From Isurus oxyrinchus (taxonomy: Eukaryota): a stretch of 64,000 nt of DNA. Positions 40,640-53,130 of this stretch are shown one piece after another. The translations under genes and the position numbers were made by a program. Position 1 is the first letter of the stretch. Every line of letters begins with the position of its first letter. A model generated the notes under the pieces. The model saw only the letters and a program-made list of their open reading frames with translations, had not been told where the DNA came from and made no database searches. The DNA lies in assembly GCA_026770705.1 (NCBI GenBank), contig JANJGN010000387.1:434001-498000 (forward strand), read 5' to 3'.

Positions 40640-41640
40640 CGGAACAGAGGAACAGGAGAATGCCATTCAACCCATCGAACCTGTCCCACCTTTCATTGCG
40701 ATCATGGATGATCATCTCCTTCAACATCTTTCACCCACACCATCCTCATACCGTTTATATCTTTGGTATTTAGAAATCTGCCATTCTCTGCTTTAAACAT
40801 ACTCAATGATTATGCTTCGACAGCTCTCCGGGATGCAGAAATACAAACATTCGCAAACCACTGAGTAAAAAACAATTCTCCTCAGGTCAGTCCTAGTGGC
40901 TTTACCCTTATTTTGAAATTGTGTCCCCTGTTTCTAGATTCCCCGACCAGGGGATACATCTGACCTTCATTTACACTTTCTTCCATTCAGGTGTTTTGTT
41001 TGTTATAATGAGATCTTTTTGCTCATGTTTGGAAACTCTGGAGAATACAGGTCCAGTGTCCCCAATCCTTCTTCACAGGACAGTCACGCCATCCCTGATG
41101 CAAGTCTGGTGAGCCTTCGATTCACTCCCTCAATGACAATTACTCCCTTCCGAATGTAAGGGGGGCAAACCTGCACATTGTACCCCAGGGTTGGCCTAAC
41201 CAAGATTATATACAAAGGAAATGAGACTTCATTATGGCTGTATTCAAATCCACTTGTGAGAGAAGCTAACATTATATTCGTCTTCCTAAATGCTTCATAT
41301 GTATGTCAGGTTTCAGAGACCTATTGATGAGGGTACACAGGCCCCCTTGTACAGCTACATTTTCCAGGCTCTCACGTTTTATGAAATAATCTGCACATCT
41401 GTTGATCCTACCAAGCTTGTTAACCTCGCATTCTTCCACGTTAAATTTCATCTTTCCTGTTCTGTCCCCCTCACCAAGTCTGTCCAAATCGCCTTGAAAC
41501 CATTTTTCACCTTCCTCACAATACACGTTCCCACCAAGCTTTGTGTCATCCTCGAACTTGGAAATATTACATTTGGCGCTCATATCCAAATCATTCATAT
41601 GTTGTGAACAGCTGGCTCTCAAGTAGTGAGCCTTCCAATT
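40640..41640 (-). mobile_element. CR1-like LINE RT and tail
   Basis: MNDLD...ISKFEDDTKLGG...QGDLDRL; LVRPTLGYNVQ. Confidence 0.88.
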
Positions 41641-42562
41641 CCCCACTGGCCAGATGCTGACAAAGTTTGATATTTCACTCTATACTCCATCACCCCCACC
41701 ACCCCAACCGCCACAATAGAAAACACACACTTAGGTCGCCGGCGCCCCTCACCCCACACCTCACACTTTGAAATGACATGCTTCAGTTACTGCTGCAGCA
41801 GCAGGAGTCCTTTGGATCACGTAAGAGTGTCACAACACTGATGGAAGCCCTTGAAGCATTAGTCTGTTTCTCGCTACACAAAGGTAGCGAGGGCTGCTGA
41901 TTATTCCCAGCATTGCTGTTTTTTATTTCAGTTCCGAGCACATTGGCCCCTCCTCTCTCTCCTCTCCTGAACATAATTTTTCCAGATGAGTTCAGGGGAC
42001 ATTTGAATTGACGAATTTCACTGGAACATAACTTGTGCAGTGGAAATAATTCTTTATTTGAAACGAGGAGACGTCCCGCTCCAAGATACTGTGACTGTTC
42101 AGCTCTAAAAACACTGGAATAAAATCACAGAAAGATTTTGAAAAGCTGAAATCACTGACTTTCGAACGTCTAAAACCCATCCTCCCATCTGCAGGTTGGT
42201 CCGAAATGTTTTGAACAAGGTTTCCCTGGGATAGTGGAGACACTGCAGCATGTCCGTCCCTGGACTGTAACCTGCACAAGTGGCCTTATCCTCCAAAGCC
42301 CCTCTGGGTAATGACATGGAACTCGAGCCTGGTGGGTGGGAATTTCACACACCAGGCCCAAGGACAACAGGAGAGTTGGAATAGCCTGGAAACCAGCAGG
42401 ACAAACAGGACTGAGGTAAATTACTTCCCAAATGCACCGTTTCTGTTAGTCATTGAATCCTGGCGGTGAAAGATGAAAACTGGCCTCACCCTGTGCTCAT
42501 CACCGAGGTGAAGGGATTGGGAATAAAACAGGGTCAACTCGTATTGATAATGGATATTCTTG

Positions 42563-45500
42563 TCACTGTTTAATAAATTTAAAAATTACAGAAAAGGGAT
42601 ATTTCACCACATTCTTCAGCTCATTTCTGAATTGAGTCTGGGTCACTGCATAAATGGCCATGTTAGTGCAACAGCTCAGGAGCTGAAATATAAATCCCAG
42701 TTCCTGCACAAACATAGGAAGGTATACAGGAATAGCATCTAACACATATAGCCTTTTACAAATAGGATGTATCATAAAAACTACCCACAACAGGATAAAA
42801 TTCCCCGATATAGCAAACAGTAAAATGATGGATTTCCTGCATTTCTCCATCTGTGGGTCCCTGGGTCTCTCCCCACTGCAGTGAGCCCGAAGTCTCCTAC
42901 GGGCTCTGCTCGACACTAAAATATATCTGACAGTTAAAGCGTTCAACATCAAAATCAAAACAAATGGCGCAAATGGTGTTAAAATATAATGAAGACATTC
43001 GATTGCTGCCCACATTGATGAGAATTCAGCATCCGTCACTAATGTGCAAAACCAAGGAGCATTGAAAAGCGAATATTGACCTACATACATAAAGTACCAG
43101 AATGTATCCTTCACACAGAATAGCAGACTGACTGTTCCGAGAACCACAGCCGCCGTATGCTGGGTGCAATATGTTGTTTTCAACTTCTGGGAACAAATAG
43201 CCAGAAATCTATCAAAGGTGAAAGAGACTGTGAACCAGACAGAACAATCTGTAGCTGCATAAAGCAGGACTGCATGGATATTACACACTTTAAACCTCCA
43301 CAGGAACTGAAATTGAGCCCAGTAAAGAATAGCAATTTGCCTGAATATGAGATCAAGGATAACGACCAGTAGATCCGCGGTTGCCATGGACACCAGGTAA
43401 AGGGAAACACATTTTGAGAGACCGCACCTTCCCCGAGACAGGGTCACAATAGTCAGTATGTTCACTGTAAGGAAGAGAAAGGCAGGATAGTTATTGTTTA
43501 ACTTAGAGCAACTGTTACAGACTGATGGAGTGACATTTGAACAGAGTTATCCAAGGTCAGAATCTAATTACTTTACCAGTGTTTGAGCTTTACGCTGGAG
43601 GGAGTGTTTCGAGTTAAACACCATCCTGTTGTAGCAGGAAACCAAATCCTGCAGCAGGTCCCATCGCCACTTCCCTAAATTATTCATGGAATTCGGAGTG
43701 AAAATCACTCACCCCACTAGTAGTCCTGCTCAATATCCCATGAACATGCTGCAAACTGCGTCACAACGATATGTTGGGCTATGATTTGTACTGAAGGAAA
43801 ATGGTTCATTTATTTTTGAGAAGACATTTGAGTGGAACATTAAGGTTGTGTAAAGAAGTAAATACAGATTTGAATTCAGAAATTGTATTTCAAATCAGGA
43901 TTTCCAAATGTGCCTTCCTGATAATTATTGCCTTTGCCAAAAGGCACAATGAATGCTTAGACTGTATCCCAGTAACAAATAGACTCTCGAAAAGAAATAA
44001 AGAACAGGGAGGTAAATGGATCGCTAGACTGAAGAAAATAAATTAGAGATTGAATCAGAGCTGGATTCTGGCCAACACGAAGGAACAGCAGAGAGTGGCA
44101 GCACCCAAAATTCAGGCTGGCTAGCAGGAGAGAATTTACCAATGGATCTAATGTCTGTGTTTTGGGCCAGGAATTAAATGGGCCAATGGTTGGGAAATGA
44201 AGTTGTTACATAAGAATACAAGAACTAGGAGCAAGAGCAAGCCATATTTCCCTTTGGTCAACTCTAATGTTCACTAAGCCCATGGCCATTCTTCCACTTC
44301 TACTATCCAAAACTATCACCATTTATCTTAATGGCCTTAGAGCACAAAAATCTACCGACCAACAGCCCTGAGAGTTGATAATTCCGACGTTTCTCCACTT
44401 TCTGAGTGAAGAAGATTCTCTTCATCTCAATTCCAAATGGCCAACATCTTATCTCAGGGATCGAGTTCTCGACTCCCCACCTAAGGGAAACATTCTCTCA
44501 GCATCCATGCTATGAGGACACTAAATTATTTTCTATGACACGATGAGATAATCGCACATCCTCTAAATTTAAGAAGATGCATGTCAAATTTGATTGATTG
44601 ATTGATTACTTAAGTATATTTTTCCTTAGGCAAGAAGGCCAAAACTGTACACATTAATCGATATGTTTTCTCACCAATCGCATGCATAATTTTATCAAAC
44701 GTTCCTTACTCGAATACAGGGAAGAATGCCATTTATTATCCTATTCACTTGCTATATTGCTGTATCCTAACCTCATTACAGCTTTGTTTCAAACATGGAA
44801 AAAAGAGCTGAACTCCCGGGGGGAGGTGAGAGCGGCTACCCTTGACATCAAGGCAACATTTGGCAGAGTGTGACATCAAGGGCCCCTAGCAAACCTGGAG
44901 TCAATGGGAATCAGGGGGGAAATCTCTGCTGCTTCGAACCATACCTAGCAGAAAGGATGATGGTTGTGTTTGTTGGGGGTCGATCATCTCAGCGCTAGGA
45001 CTTCACTACAGCATTCCTTCAGGGGACTGTCCTCGGCCGAACCATCTTCAGCTGCTTCATCAATGACCTTCCTTCCATCACATAGTCAGAAGTGGGATGT
45101 TCGCTACTGATTTCACAATGTTCAGCGCCATTAATGACTCCTCAGGTACTGAAGTAGCCCATGCTCAAATGCAGCAAGAGCTGGACAATTACCAGGCTTG
45201 CACTGACATGTGGCAAGTATCTTGTGCACCGCTCAAGTATCAGGCAATGACCATCTCCAACAAGGGAGAAACCAACCATCGCTCTTTGTCATTCAATGGC
45301 ATTAACATCACTGAATCCCCCACTATCAAATCCTGGGGTTTACCATTGACCAGAAACGGAACTGAACAAGCCATATAAATACTATGGCTACTAGAGCAGA
45401 TTAGAGGCAAGGAATAGTGCGACGTGTAACTCACCTCCTCACCGCCAAAGCCTGTCCACCATCTGCAAGGCACAAGTCAGGAGTGTAGTGGAATGCTCCT

Positions 45501-48500
45501 CGCTTGCTTGGTTAGGTGCAGCTCCCAGAACGCTCAAGAAGCTTGACACCATTCAGGGCAATGCACCTCGCTGGATTGGTAGCACATCCAAAAATATTTA
45601 CACACTCCACCACTGTTGCATAGTAGCACCAGTGGGTGCCATCTACAAGATGCACTGCAGGAACTCATCAATGCTCTTTCAGCTGCACGTTCAAACCCCG
45701 ACCACTACCATCTAGAAGGAGAAGGGGAGCAGACAGATGTGAACACCACCAAACGGAAGTTCCCCTTCAAGTCACTCACCATTTTGACCTGGAAATATAT
45801 CGCCGTTCCTTCACTGTCGCTGGGCCAAAATCCTGGAATTCCCTTCAGAACAGCACTCTGGGTGCGCCTACACCCCGAAGACTGTAGCAGTTCAAGAAGG
45901 CAGCTCAGCACCACCTTCACAAAGGCAACTAGTGATGGGTAATAAATTCTGGCCCAGCCAACGAAGCCCATTTCCCATGAATGGATAATAATAGAACATA
46001 TTGCATGCTAGCTTTCTCTAGATTGTGTACCCGAGCACCCAAATTATGAAAATTTACAATTTTTACCAGTTTCTCGACTGTTTAAACGCTGGATGAGGAC
46101 AGAATGAAACTCGTCTGTGTTATTATCTCAGGGAAACTGAAGATTCTGGTGCAATATTAACACAGGGCTTTGATGCGTGTGTAAATTAATATGTAAGATA
46201 ATTCATAAAATTAATGGTCCTGGCCTCCCATTTGGTGGCGATACTCGGATAATCAGTGCTGATTGTAAATGTAATTAAAGCCCTATCTTTTTCCACCCTT
46301 GCAGCTTGTTTTTCTTGCCTACGTAGCGGGGTGGGGGAGATGAGCTGTGTATGAGGTGCGTAGATGGCGGGTGGTCAGCAGTTGGGATGGGGATGGGTAA
46401 GTAGTTAACGTGCTTTGCAGTCAGTTGAGGGTTGAATGGACGGGCGATGGCTAGTGAGAGCTGTGCAAGTGGATCGAGGGGAAGGCAATCGAGTCAGATT
46501 AGGTATTCTGGGGTCAGTAGTTGGGGGTGTTGTGGGTTGTTGTGTGTGGGCTGAATGTGGGAGTTCTGTAGGTGGGGGTTGGGCGTGCATGGGCTTTGCT
46601 TGAAAGTTATTCACTGACACATGCTAGAAATTAATAGCGGGAAAATACTACGCCAAGCATCTGTCACACAACAGGCACAACAGTGCAAAACTGAAGTCAG
46701 TATTGGAGTCATTGTTAGAGGGGCCTGGGCAGTACAAATCTGCCCATCTGAAGTTTAAAGTTCATGGGAAATTACCATGCATGCTCCTGGATCAAGATTT
46801 CCGATGGGTCCTGATATGCAGAGCGGCAGACATTTCAATATTCACCACTGTTGGCATCAGGAGCTCCGGTTAATGATATAGTCAGTATTAATTTCACGGC
46901 AATGGACTCCAGACACCAGCTGCAGATAGAGGGAAATTACACAAGAGCGAAATGGAGATCAGGTCAAAGAAGGCTGGCTTAGGATGAATAACAATAAAGA
47001 ACACATTTTAAGAATTATCTTAAAGGATGGTAAGTTTGTAGCGAGGACAAAGGATTTAGGAGGAAATTCAGAACATGAAACTCTTAATATTTCATTGTGG
47101 TCACCCATGCCAAAGGCTGCAGACATGTCGACAAAAGGGAAGAGAGGCAGCTCGACATTAGCAGAGTCACATAAGATATAATTTGTGCCTTTTCTAAGGA
47201 CGGTATAAGAGTTGTAATAAGGGAGAAAAATGGTTAGAAGGATTTAAGCATGGTGTCCCTGGAAGATGGGGCGGAAACGTGGGGGGTAGCAGCAGGGACA
47301 AGGAATTTGTAGAGGAAAGAGAGCTTAGGGATGGAGTGTTTGCTTACAAGGACTGAGGCAACAGGGGTTGCTTATTTACAAGGGCAGGGGCAATGACTAC
47401 AGAATGGAGCAGCAGAAGAACAGTGGCTAAGCAGATGGAACTATTAACTATATCAGCAACTGAGGAACATGATGAGGAAGTTCGAGGTTCAGCAGTTTGG
47501 TGGCAGTGCGGTGAACCAGTCCCCTCCAGCAGCCACCCCTCCGCCCATACCCTACACCATGCCTCCCACCAGACCAATCAAACGCCTGGAAATCTCACAT
47601 CTGAAACATAATGGAACGCTCACTACTCATCAGTATGGTTATCAGAGCAACACCCAATAAGCAGAATCACCTTCAATAATGGAATAGATTTTCCATCAGT
47701 GTCCGTCCATCATTAAACTTGCTATTTCTCCAGCTCCACCTCTGTGGATACAGGAAGAATGTCTACAGAATCAACTACAACAACACACCGGGGCTACTTC
47801 GACAGCACGTACCAGGACAGCAAAATGCAGAATGTGTGCAATGCCATGAGATTCACCTTCTCTAACGCACCATCCTGACTTGGAATGGTAACATCTCCCT
47901 TCATCAGCGTTCCGGAATTCCCTAACAGCAGGTAGGAGCACAGTCAGCAGAGGGAATACTTCAGCTCAACAAGAAGACTCAGCACCAACTTCTCAGCTCA
48001 CTTCCAGATGGGTAATAAATGGAAGTTTGTCACAAGCATCCATTTCCCAAGGACACATTTTGAAAATAAAAAAAAACTTTGGGAGGGGGATAATGATTTG
48101 CAGCTCTAAATAACGTCATGCAGAGACAAGGGAAGGAAATTAGGTCTGTGGACAGAAATGGGAACGGAACCAATTGTTGGTGAGGGGAGCAAATATTGTT
48201 GAACAATTATTACATTTTAAATTCTCTCCTAAATATCTAAATTTGGTTATTGTTAGGCAAAGCGGGAGATGGTGGAATGGAATTTGCCTGGAGCTGAATT
48301 ATTATGTGAGATCTTCCCTCGTTCCTGTCTGCCCTAATTTCCGCAGATCAGTGCAAATTACTATCTGCATCACACAGCAAACCCAATATCTGCGCAACAT
48401 ATTCTGCTCAGTTATTGGGGTTCAGTTTAAACAGCAGACTGCAGCTGTTCAATAGCTATAATTCACCACTAATATTTATTGCGTAAAATATTTCACCAGC

Positions 48501-48833
48501 CAAATTCTGAAGAAAAAAATCACTTGAAGCAAGTCTTGAGATGTACAAACGGTCCAATGAACTGTGAACAGTGAATCAGCAACTGCTGAAATGCTACTTC
48601 ACAGAAGCACAGGGCATTACATGTCACAGGACACAAGAATTACAGAGAATAAAATTAATTAACTCACGTTAAGGGCAAGGACAACAAACATGGTGAAAGA
48701 TGTTTTATAAAATAAGTTTCTAAAATAATCACTCACCAGGAATGCCAACAGCAGCGAGGAGCGGATAGTAAATCCTTTGCAAATCATAAATCACCCAGAC
48801 AATCCGAAGTTCAGTTGGAATTTCAAAGAACAT
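42563..48833 (-). CDS. Class A GPCR, GPR139/GPR142-like (paralog 3, more divergent); exon 1 48833-48737, exon 2 43464-42563; ~332 aa
   Basis: Exon 1 MFFEIPTELRIVWVIYDLQRIYYPLLAAVGIP, donor CTG|GTGAGT, acceptor TTACAG|TG. Motifs MATADL, KVCN, FTFDRFLAIC, NMAIY; intact. The start codon is less certain. Confidence 0.9.
44765..45990 (+). mobile_element. L2/CR1-superfamily LINE RT and 3' end, inside the GPCR 3 intron
   Basis: LDIKATFGRV, FSCFINDL, MFATDFTMF, LKKLDTIQ, SWNSL. Confidence 0.9.
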
Positions 48834-48925
48834 GATCTCATTTGCTGTGAGATCCAATGATCGCTGTTTATACTGGCAACCACACTCTGTCAAACACTCA
48901 TATACACATTGAAAACATTGCCTAG

Positions 48926-48986
48926 ATATAGGCGGAGGAGAGTCCTGGTGATTCAATTAAACAATACACAGGCTGGCATTAATTAC
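48926..48986 (-). promoter_or_regulatory. Promoter of GPCR 3: GTAATTAATG (48986-48977), O/E-like AATCACCAGGA (from 48953), TATAT (from 48930)
   Basis: Homeodomain 10-mer identical to GPCR 1, with the same 33 and 23 bp offsets. The O/E match is weaker; a second TATAAA lies at 48872-48867. Confidence 0.55.
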
Positions 48987-49399
48987 AGTCACTTAACAAA
49001 CAAGATGCCTTAACCCTTTCATCCCATCACTTTGTATGGAAAAAATATACTAGAAACTACATGGCATTCCTGTCAAGATAATTTATTCAAAGCAAGCACG
49101 TGACGTCAGCCACTTTTGTGATAAACAGGTTATGGAATTCTGCAGGCTTGCAGCACCGATAAGAAAAGAAAAATAGACTCAAATCCAGATCTTTGATTAT
49201 TCCGGAGATAAAATGCTGCCAAACAATTTCATGGTTTCAATTAATTTCTCAGGGGATGAACATAACACAAGTGCCAGAGTATGGACAGAAGCAGTAACAG
49301 TCCAAAAGGATGCGTAGTTGATCATTGTCTAGTGATCAGAAAGGGAAATAGTAGACTGATGATTTGAAACTGCTTGGTTTAACAGTAAACGTAAAACTG

Positions 49400-49980
49400 A
49401 TGCTATGGATCAACAATTACCATGGAAATGATATGAGAGTTTAACTTTAAAGCTGACCTGGAAAATGATGCCCCGTTGTAACTAAACCTTGTAATTGAAA
49501 TCCATGGAATATTAGTGTCCATGTGAATGACACTACACAATCTAAAATGACTTTGTGCATGACACCACGGACTTACAGTGACCATGCAACTAATACTTGG
49601 TCACACAGTGCTCATTTGAATTATGCATAGGTCCATCAGTGGGCTTCCTACAAATACTGTTGTCAAACGGTGACCATGGGATTGAAATGTGGTATCCTAT
49701 TCGCCTTGCACCCGAAACTTCGCTGTAACTGATAACCGAGTACAACAGTGAAGTTGTAACTGATATCCCGATCTTACATTGACCATGTACATGACATTCC
49801 AGTCTATCAGTGCTATTCTAACTGATAATTCAGTCTAACAGTGGCTTTGTACCGGATACCCCAATTTGAACGTGAACATGTACCTGACGCCCCGGTCTAA
49901 CTGTGACTTTGGAACTGGTATACCAGTTTAATAGTAAATTTGTACCTGATACTGCGGTGAAAAATTCACCTTCTGTTACC
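49400..49980. repeat. Degenerate 31-bp minisatellite
   Basis: GTAACTGATA...AACAGTGA.TT repeats with a 31-bp period, clearest at 49725-49955. Confidence 0.75.
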
Positions 49981-50559
49981 AATGGCTAGTGTCATAATTC
50001 AGCTGATTTTCAATCCAATTGTTAGTTTTAGGAATTAAAGATTTAACTGTAGGCAGTGGGGATATCTGGTGGCAAAAACTGGTAAAAGCAGTCGTAAATT
50101 AAATGCAATTTAACCAACTTTGAAGTTTATTATTCTTAAAAGTTTGGAGCCATGTTGACTTAAGAGGCTCACAGCTAAAATTACAAGATCATGATACTGT
50201 GGGCGCTTTTAATTAGCTAAGGACAAGGAGGCAGGACCTTTGAAGTTATTCCAGTAAATAAAAAGCTTGTTACGTAGTTTCCCAAGATTAAGGTAGGTTT
50301 TGGAGCTAACAGGTAGTTAAATTGCATTTCTAAGTGGTAACAGACCTTGTGTATCACTTGAGGATCAGTGAAGCTCAGTTGAGATTTTAGAACAAGGTGG
50401 AGTGAAGGAAACGTATTTGTCATCAGAATTCGGTTCAAATTCTGGGTGTTTGCTTAAGGAATTAAAACTTTTGTCATCTGCAGGGTTTTTTCAACACTGA
50501 TTTAAATGTCTGGTATGGCCAAGCTAAGGGAGCAGAGAAGGAATGATTTATAGATACAA

Positions 50560-51515
50560 CCCTCCATAGTCGGAGATGATCACAGCAAGGGGAGCCCTGG
50601 CTGGAGGCCGCAACGTCGCTAGAGACAGCGCTGTTGAAAGGTGTGGGAGTCCTCCGCCAGTCCGTGGCCTCTCAATGTTGTTACAGGCTGCCTTCTCCTG
50701 AAAGCACAGAGGTGCATTCATTAGTCCACATCCAACATGCAGCGCCATTACAGCCTGGCGAACCCCAGCATTGGGGCGCCTTGCAGGCCACATCCATATC
50801 ATGGCCGGTGATTCGCATGGCACTCAGTCAAAGCAGCCAAAGCTCAGCAACTTGGCCAGAGCCGGAGTGATTGACAGTTAGGACTCAGGTTCTGACACGC
50901 TGAACTGCTTGGGGAGGGCGGCTTGTTCAAAACAATTCCACACACTGACTGATGCCAACACAGCAATCACCTTTTCCGAGTGTAGCAGGTCAATCAAACG
51001 CCTCTGGCACTGCACCCAGGTGTGCATTATGGCTGTTCACCGAGGCTGCCTCTTCCTCCCAATGCTTCTTTGTGAGGTTTGGAGGCGTCCCCTTCCATCT
51101 CTTCGGACAAGGGTGTCCCTTCCGGCAGCCACCCCCTCCATGAGGTCAGCGAGGCACACCTCAGTAAACTGGGGGCCGAATGCCCAAACAACATGCCCTC
51201 CCTTCTGGTGTTTGCTGCCGCACAGGAGTCTATCTTTGCAACAGCAGACAGAGGTCATTCTCCAGCAGCCTTCCTGGGGCTGCCTGGGCCGTTTTCAAAC
51301 TGACGGCCGGATCGCCATTGGACCCGGCGGCCGAGAGGCTCCCATCCCCGCTCGGCCCCTCCAACCTGTCACCAGCTGAGTTTCACGCGGGGTGGCCCTT
51401 AATTGACCTGCCAGCGTGAAATCGCTTTCCGGCCCTGATCGTGGGCTGGCAGTCGCGTTACGGAAAGCTCCTGTCCACCTCTCTGTGCCCACCCGATGAG
51501 GACAAAACTCCTCCC
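50560..51515 (-). mobile_element. PIF/Harbinger-type transposon relic encoding a decayed Myb/SANT-like domain
   Basis: GC-rich island. Minus-strand frames join to give PQFTEVCLADLMEGV..RDTL...TKKHWEE.AASVN...TWVQCQRRLIDL. Confidence 0.7.
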
Positions 51516-52647
51516 TTTGACCTAGTGGCCATTGGTAAAACCCCCATCTCTTTCATCATAAACTGCACTCTCTGTAGCGTGATGGAGAATTGAGAGTTTA
51601 ATTTGAGTCCATTTTACTTTGGAAATAGGTTCAGACTTCGTGACCTGCTGAGAAACCTATAAGTCCACACCTGGGCTGTGTAATTAGCCTGCCATGTGTG
51701 CAGGAGAGAATTCACCTACTGTCCAACCTGCTGAGGTTCTAGTGGCTCTATGCAGACCAAGCGATGCGGCTTAATTGGTTAATCACCATTTAGATCCAAG
51801 TTCACTCACACGTTCCACCAATGAAGGCATAATTGCATTCAGATACAGTAAGACCAAGAAGAGATCTACTGCCCCTCCTCAATACTGTCTCATACATACA
51901 ACCACACCGGTGATTAGCTGTTACCCACTCCCAATGACTTCAATCTTCCATTTCACTTGGTGACTCATTGACACAGCGATACCAAAGAGTGGACCTGCAA
52001 CAGTCCGGGCTGTGGCCAGGCGTTACTTTCTGCTTATGCACTAGAGTATTCACATTGTTAAGAGGTCAAATATCTCTTTGGCGTTTCTGTGGGATTTTAA
52101 CCAGCAAATATCACTGCGAATGAGAAATCATGCACCTGTTCCAGCTCTGAGATGGGCTGTGCATAGTTGCCCTTCACAATGAGACACGAACGTCCTTGAG
52201 TAATGGGGGGAGGGCACTCGAATATATAGATATATTTTTTCAGAATATCTCTTAGAGAGAAAAAAATGCCTGATCTATAATTTACATCATTATATGACTC
52301 TAGAAAAAGAGGATATAGAACGTTTTGAAAATTGACTCATGGGAATTTGAAGTCATGGGAATAGTAAGTTCACTATTGTGTCACATAGTTTGAGCTATCG
52401 AAGTCTTAGAGCAATTTCGGACCTCAATTAGTTGCTTATCGAAAATATTACAATAGCTTCCAGAAAGAATCTGAATTGGCATCAAATTTGCAAACACAAA
52501 AATAGTTTCAAGCCCCTGGAAGAGTAACGATTGGGGTTTGGAATTAAAATTATTCTAGGATTTATCCAGTTTACTCTATTTATTTTTGAGTGACATGAGT
52601 TGAAAGATGCTGTTCAGAGTCCGGAGATTTGCAAGCATTTTTAAATT

Positions 52648-53130
52648 ATGTAAATTGAGGATTTCCCTCACCATCCATTGCTCCTTGTTCATGCCTCTAC
52701 TGGTATCTTCTATTTAACTAACTTAGCCAGCCGTCACATGTAGCTAATTGTGGACACAGATGTGACTGGTAACTGATCAGTCACTGGACCAAAGAGTAAT
52801 AGATAGTCGTTGAGCATGTGACCTTGATATTCATCACCAAGCGATGTATAAAAGATCAACTTAACACTGTTGCGTGTTTGCCTTCTGAAATGTTAGGCAT
52901 AAAAGCCTGTGTTTGGGGATCCTTATGGCCTTGGTAACTGCTTGAATGTAAACGTTTGTTAAGTGAATATGAACCTGAACTGTTTGAGGGAACAACTGCA
53001 GGGCCACCACTAGCAATACACGGTGGTGGTGGTATCACGGGTGTATGAGCAATGTTTACTCCCCTCCTCCTTGCACCCTGACAGTGTTGTTGGGTTCTCC
53101 ATTTTGATAGACTGTGCATTAATAAAATAA
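52648..53130 (+). pseudogene. Candidate leader (52648-52702) + Cys-rich exon (52897-~53130), decayed
   Basis: 55-nt phase-1 leader-like exon ending LLLVHAST|G; TTAG| acceptor; GIKACV..LNVNVC...NCL...QCLLPSSLHP with stops and a frameshift. Confidence 0.35.

Noticed and set aside
50909-51492. Cluster of overlapping ORFs
   Set aside because: Stop-poor GC-rich transposon relic.
52847-52937. TATAAAA followed by ATG (MLGIKACV...) as a single-exon gene
   Set aside because: Stops after 15 codons; the splice-acceptor reading at 52896 fits better.
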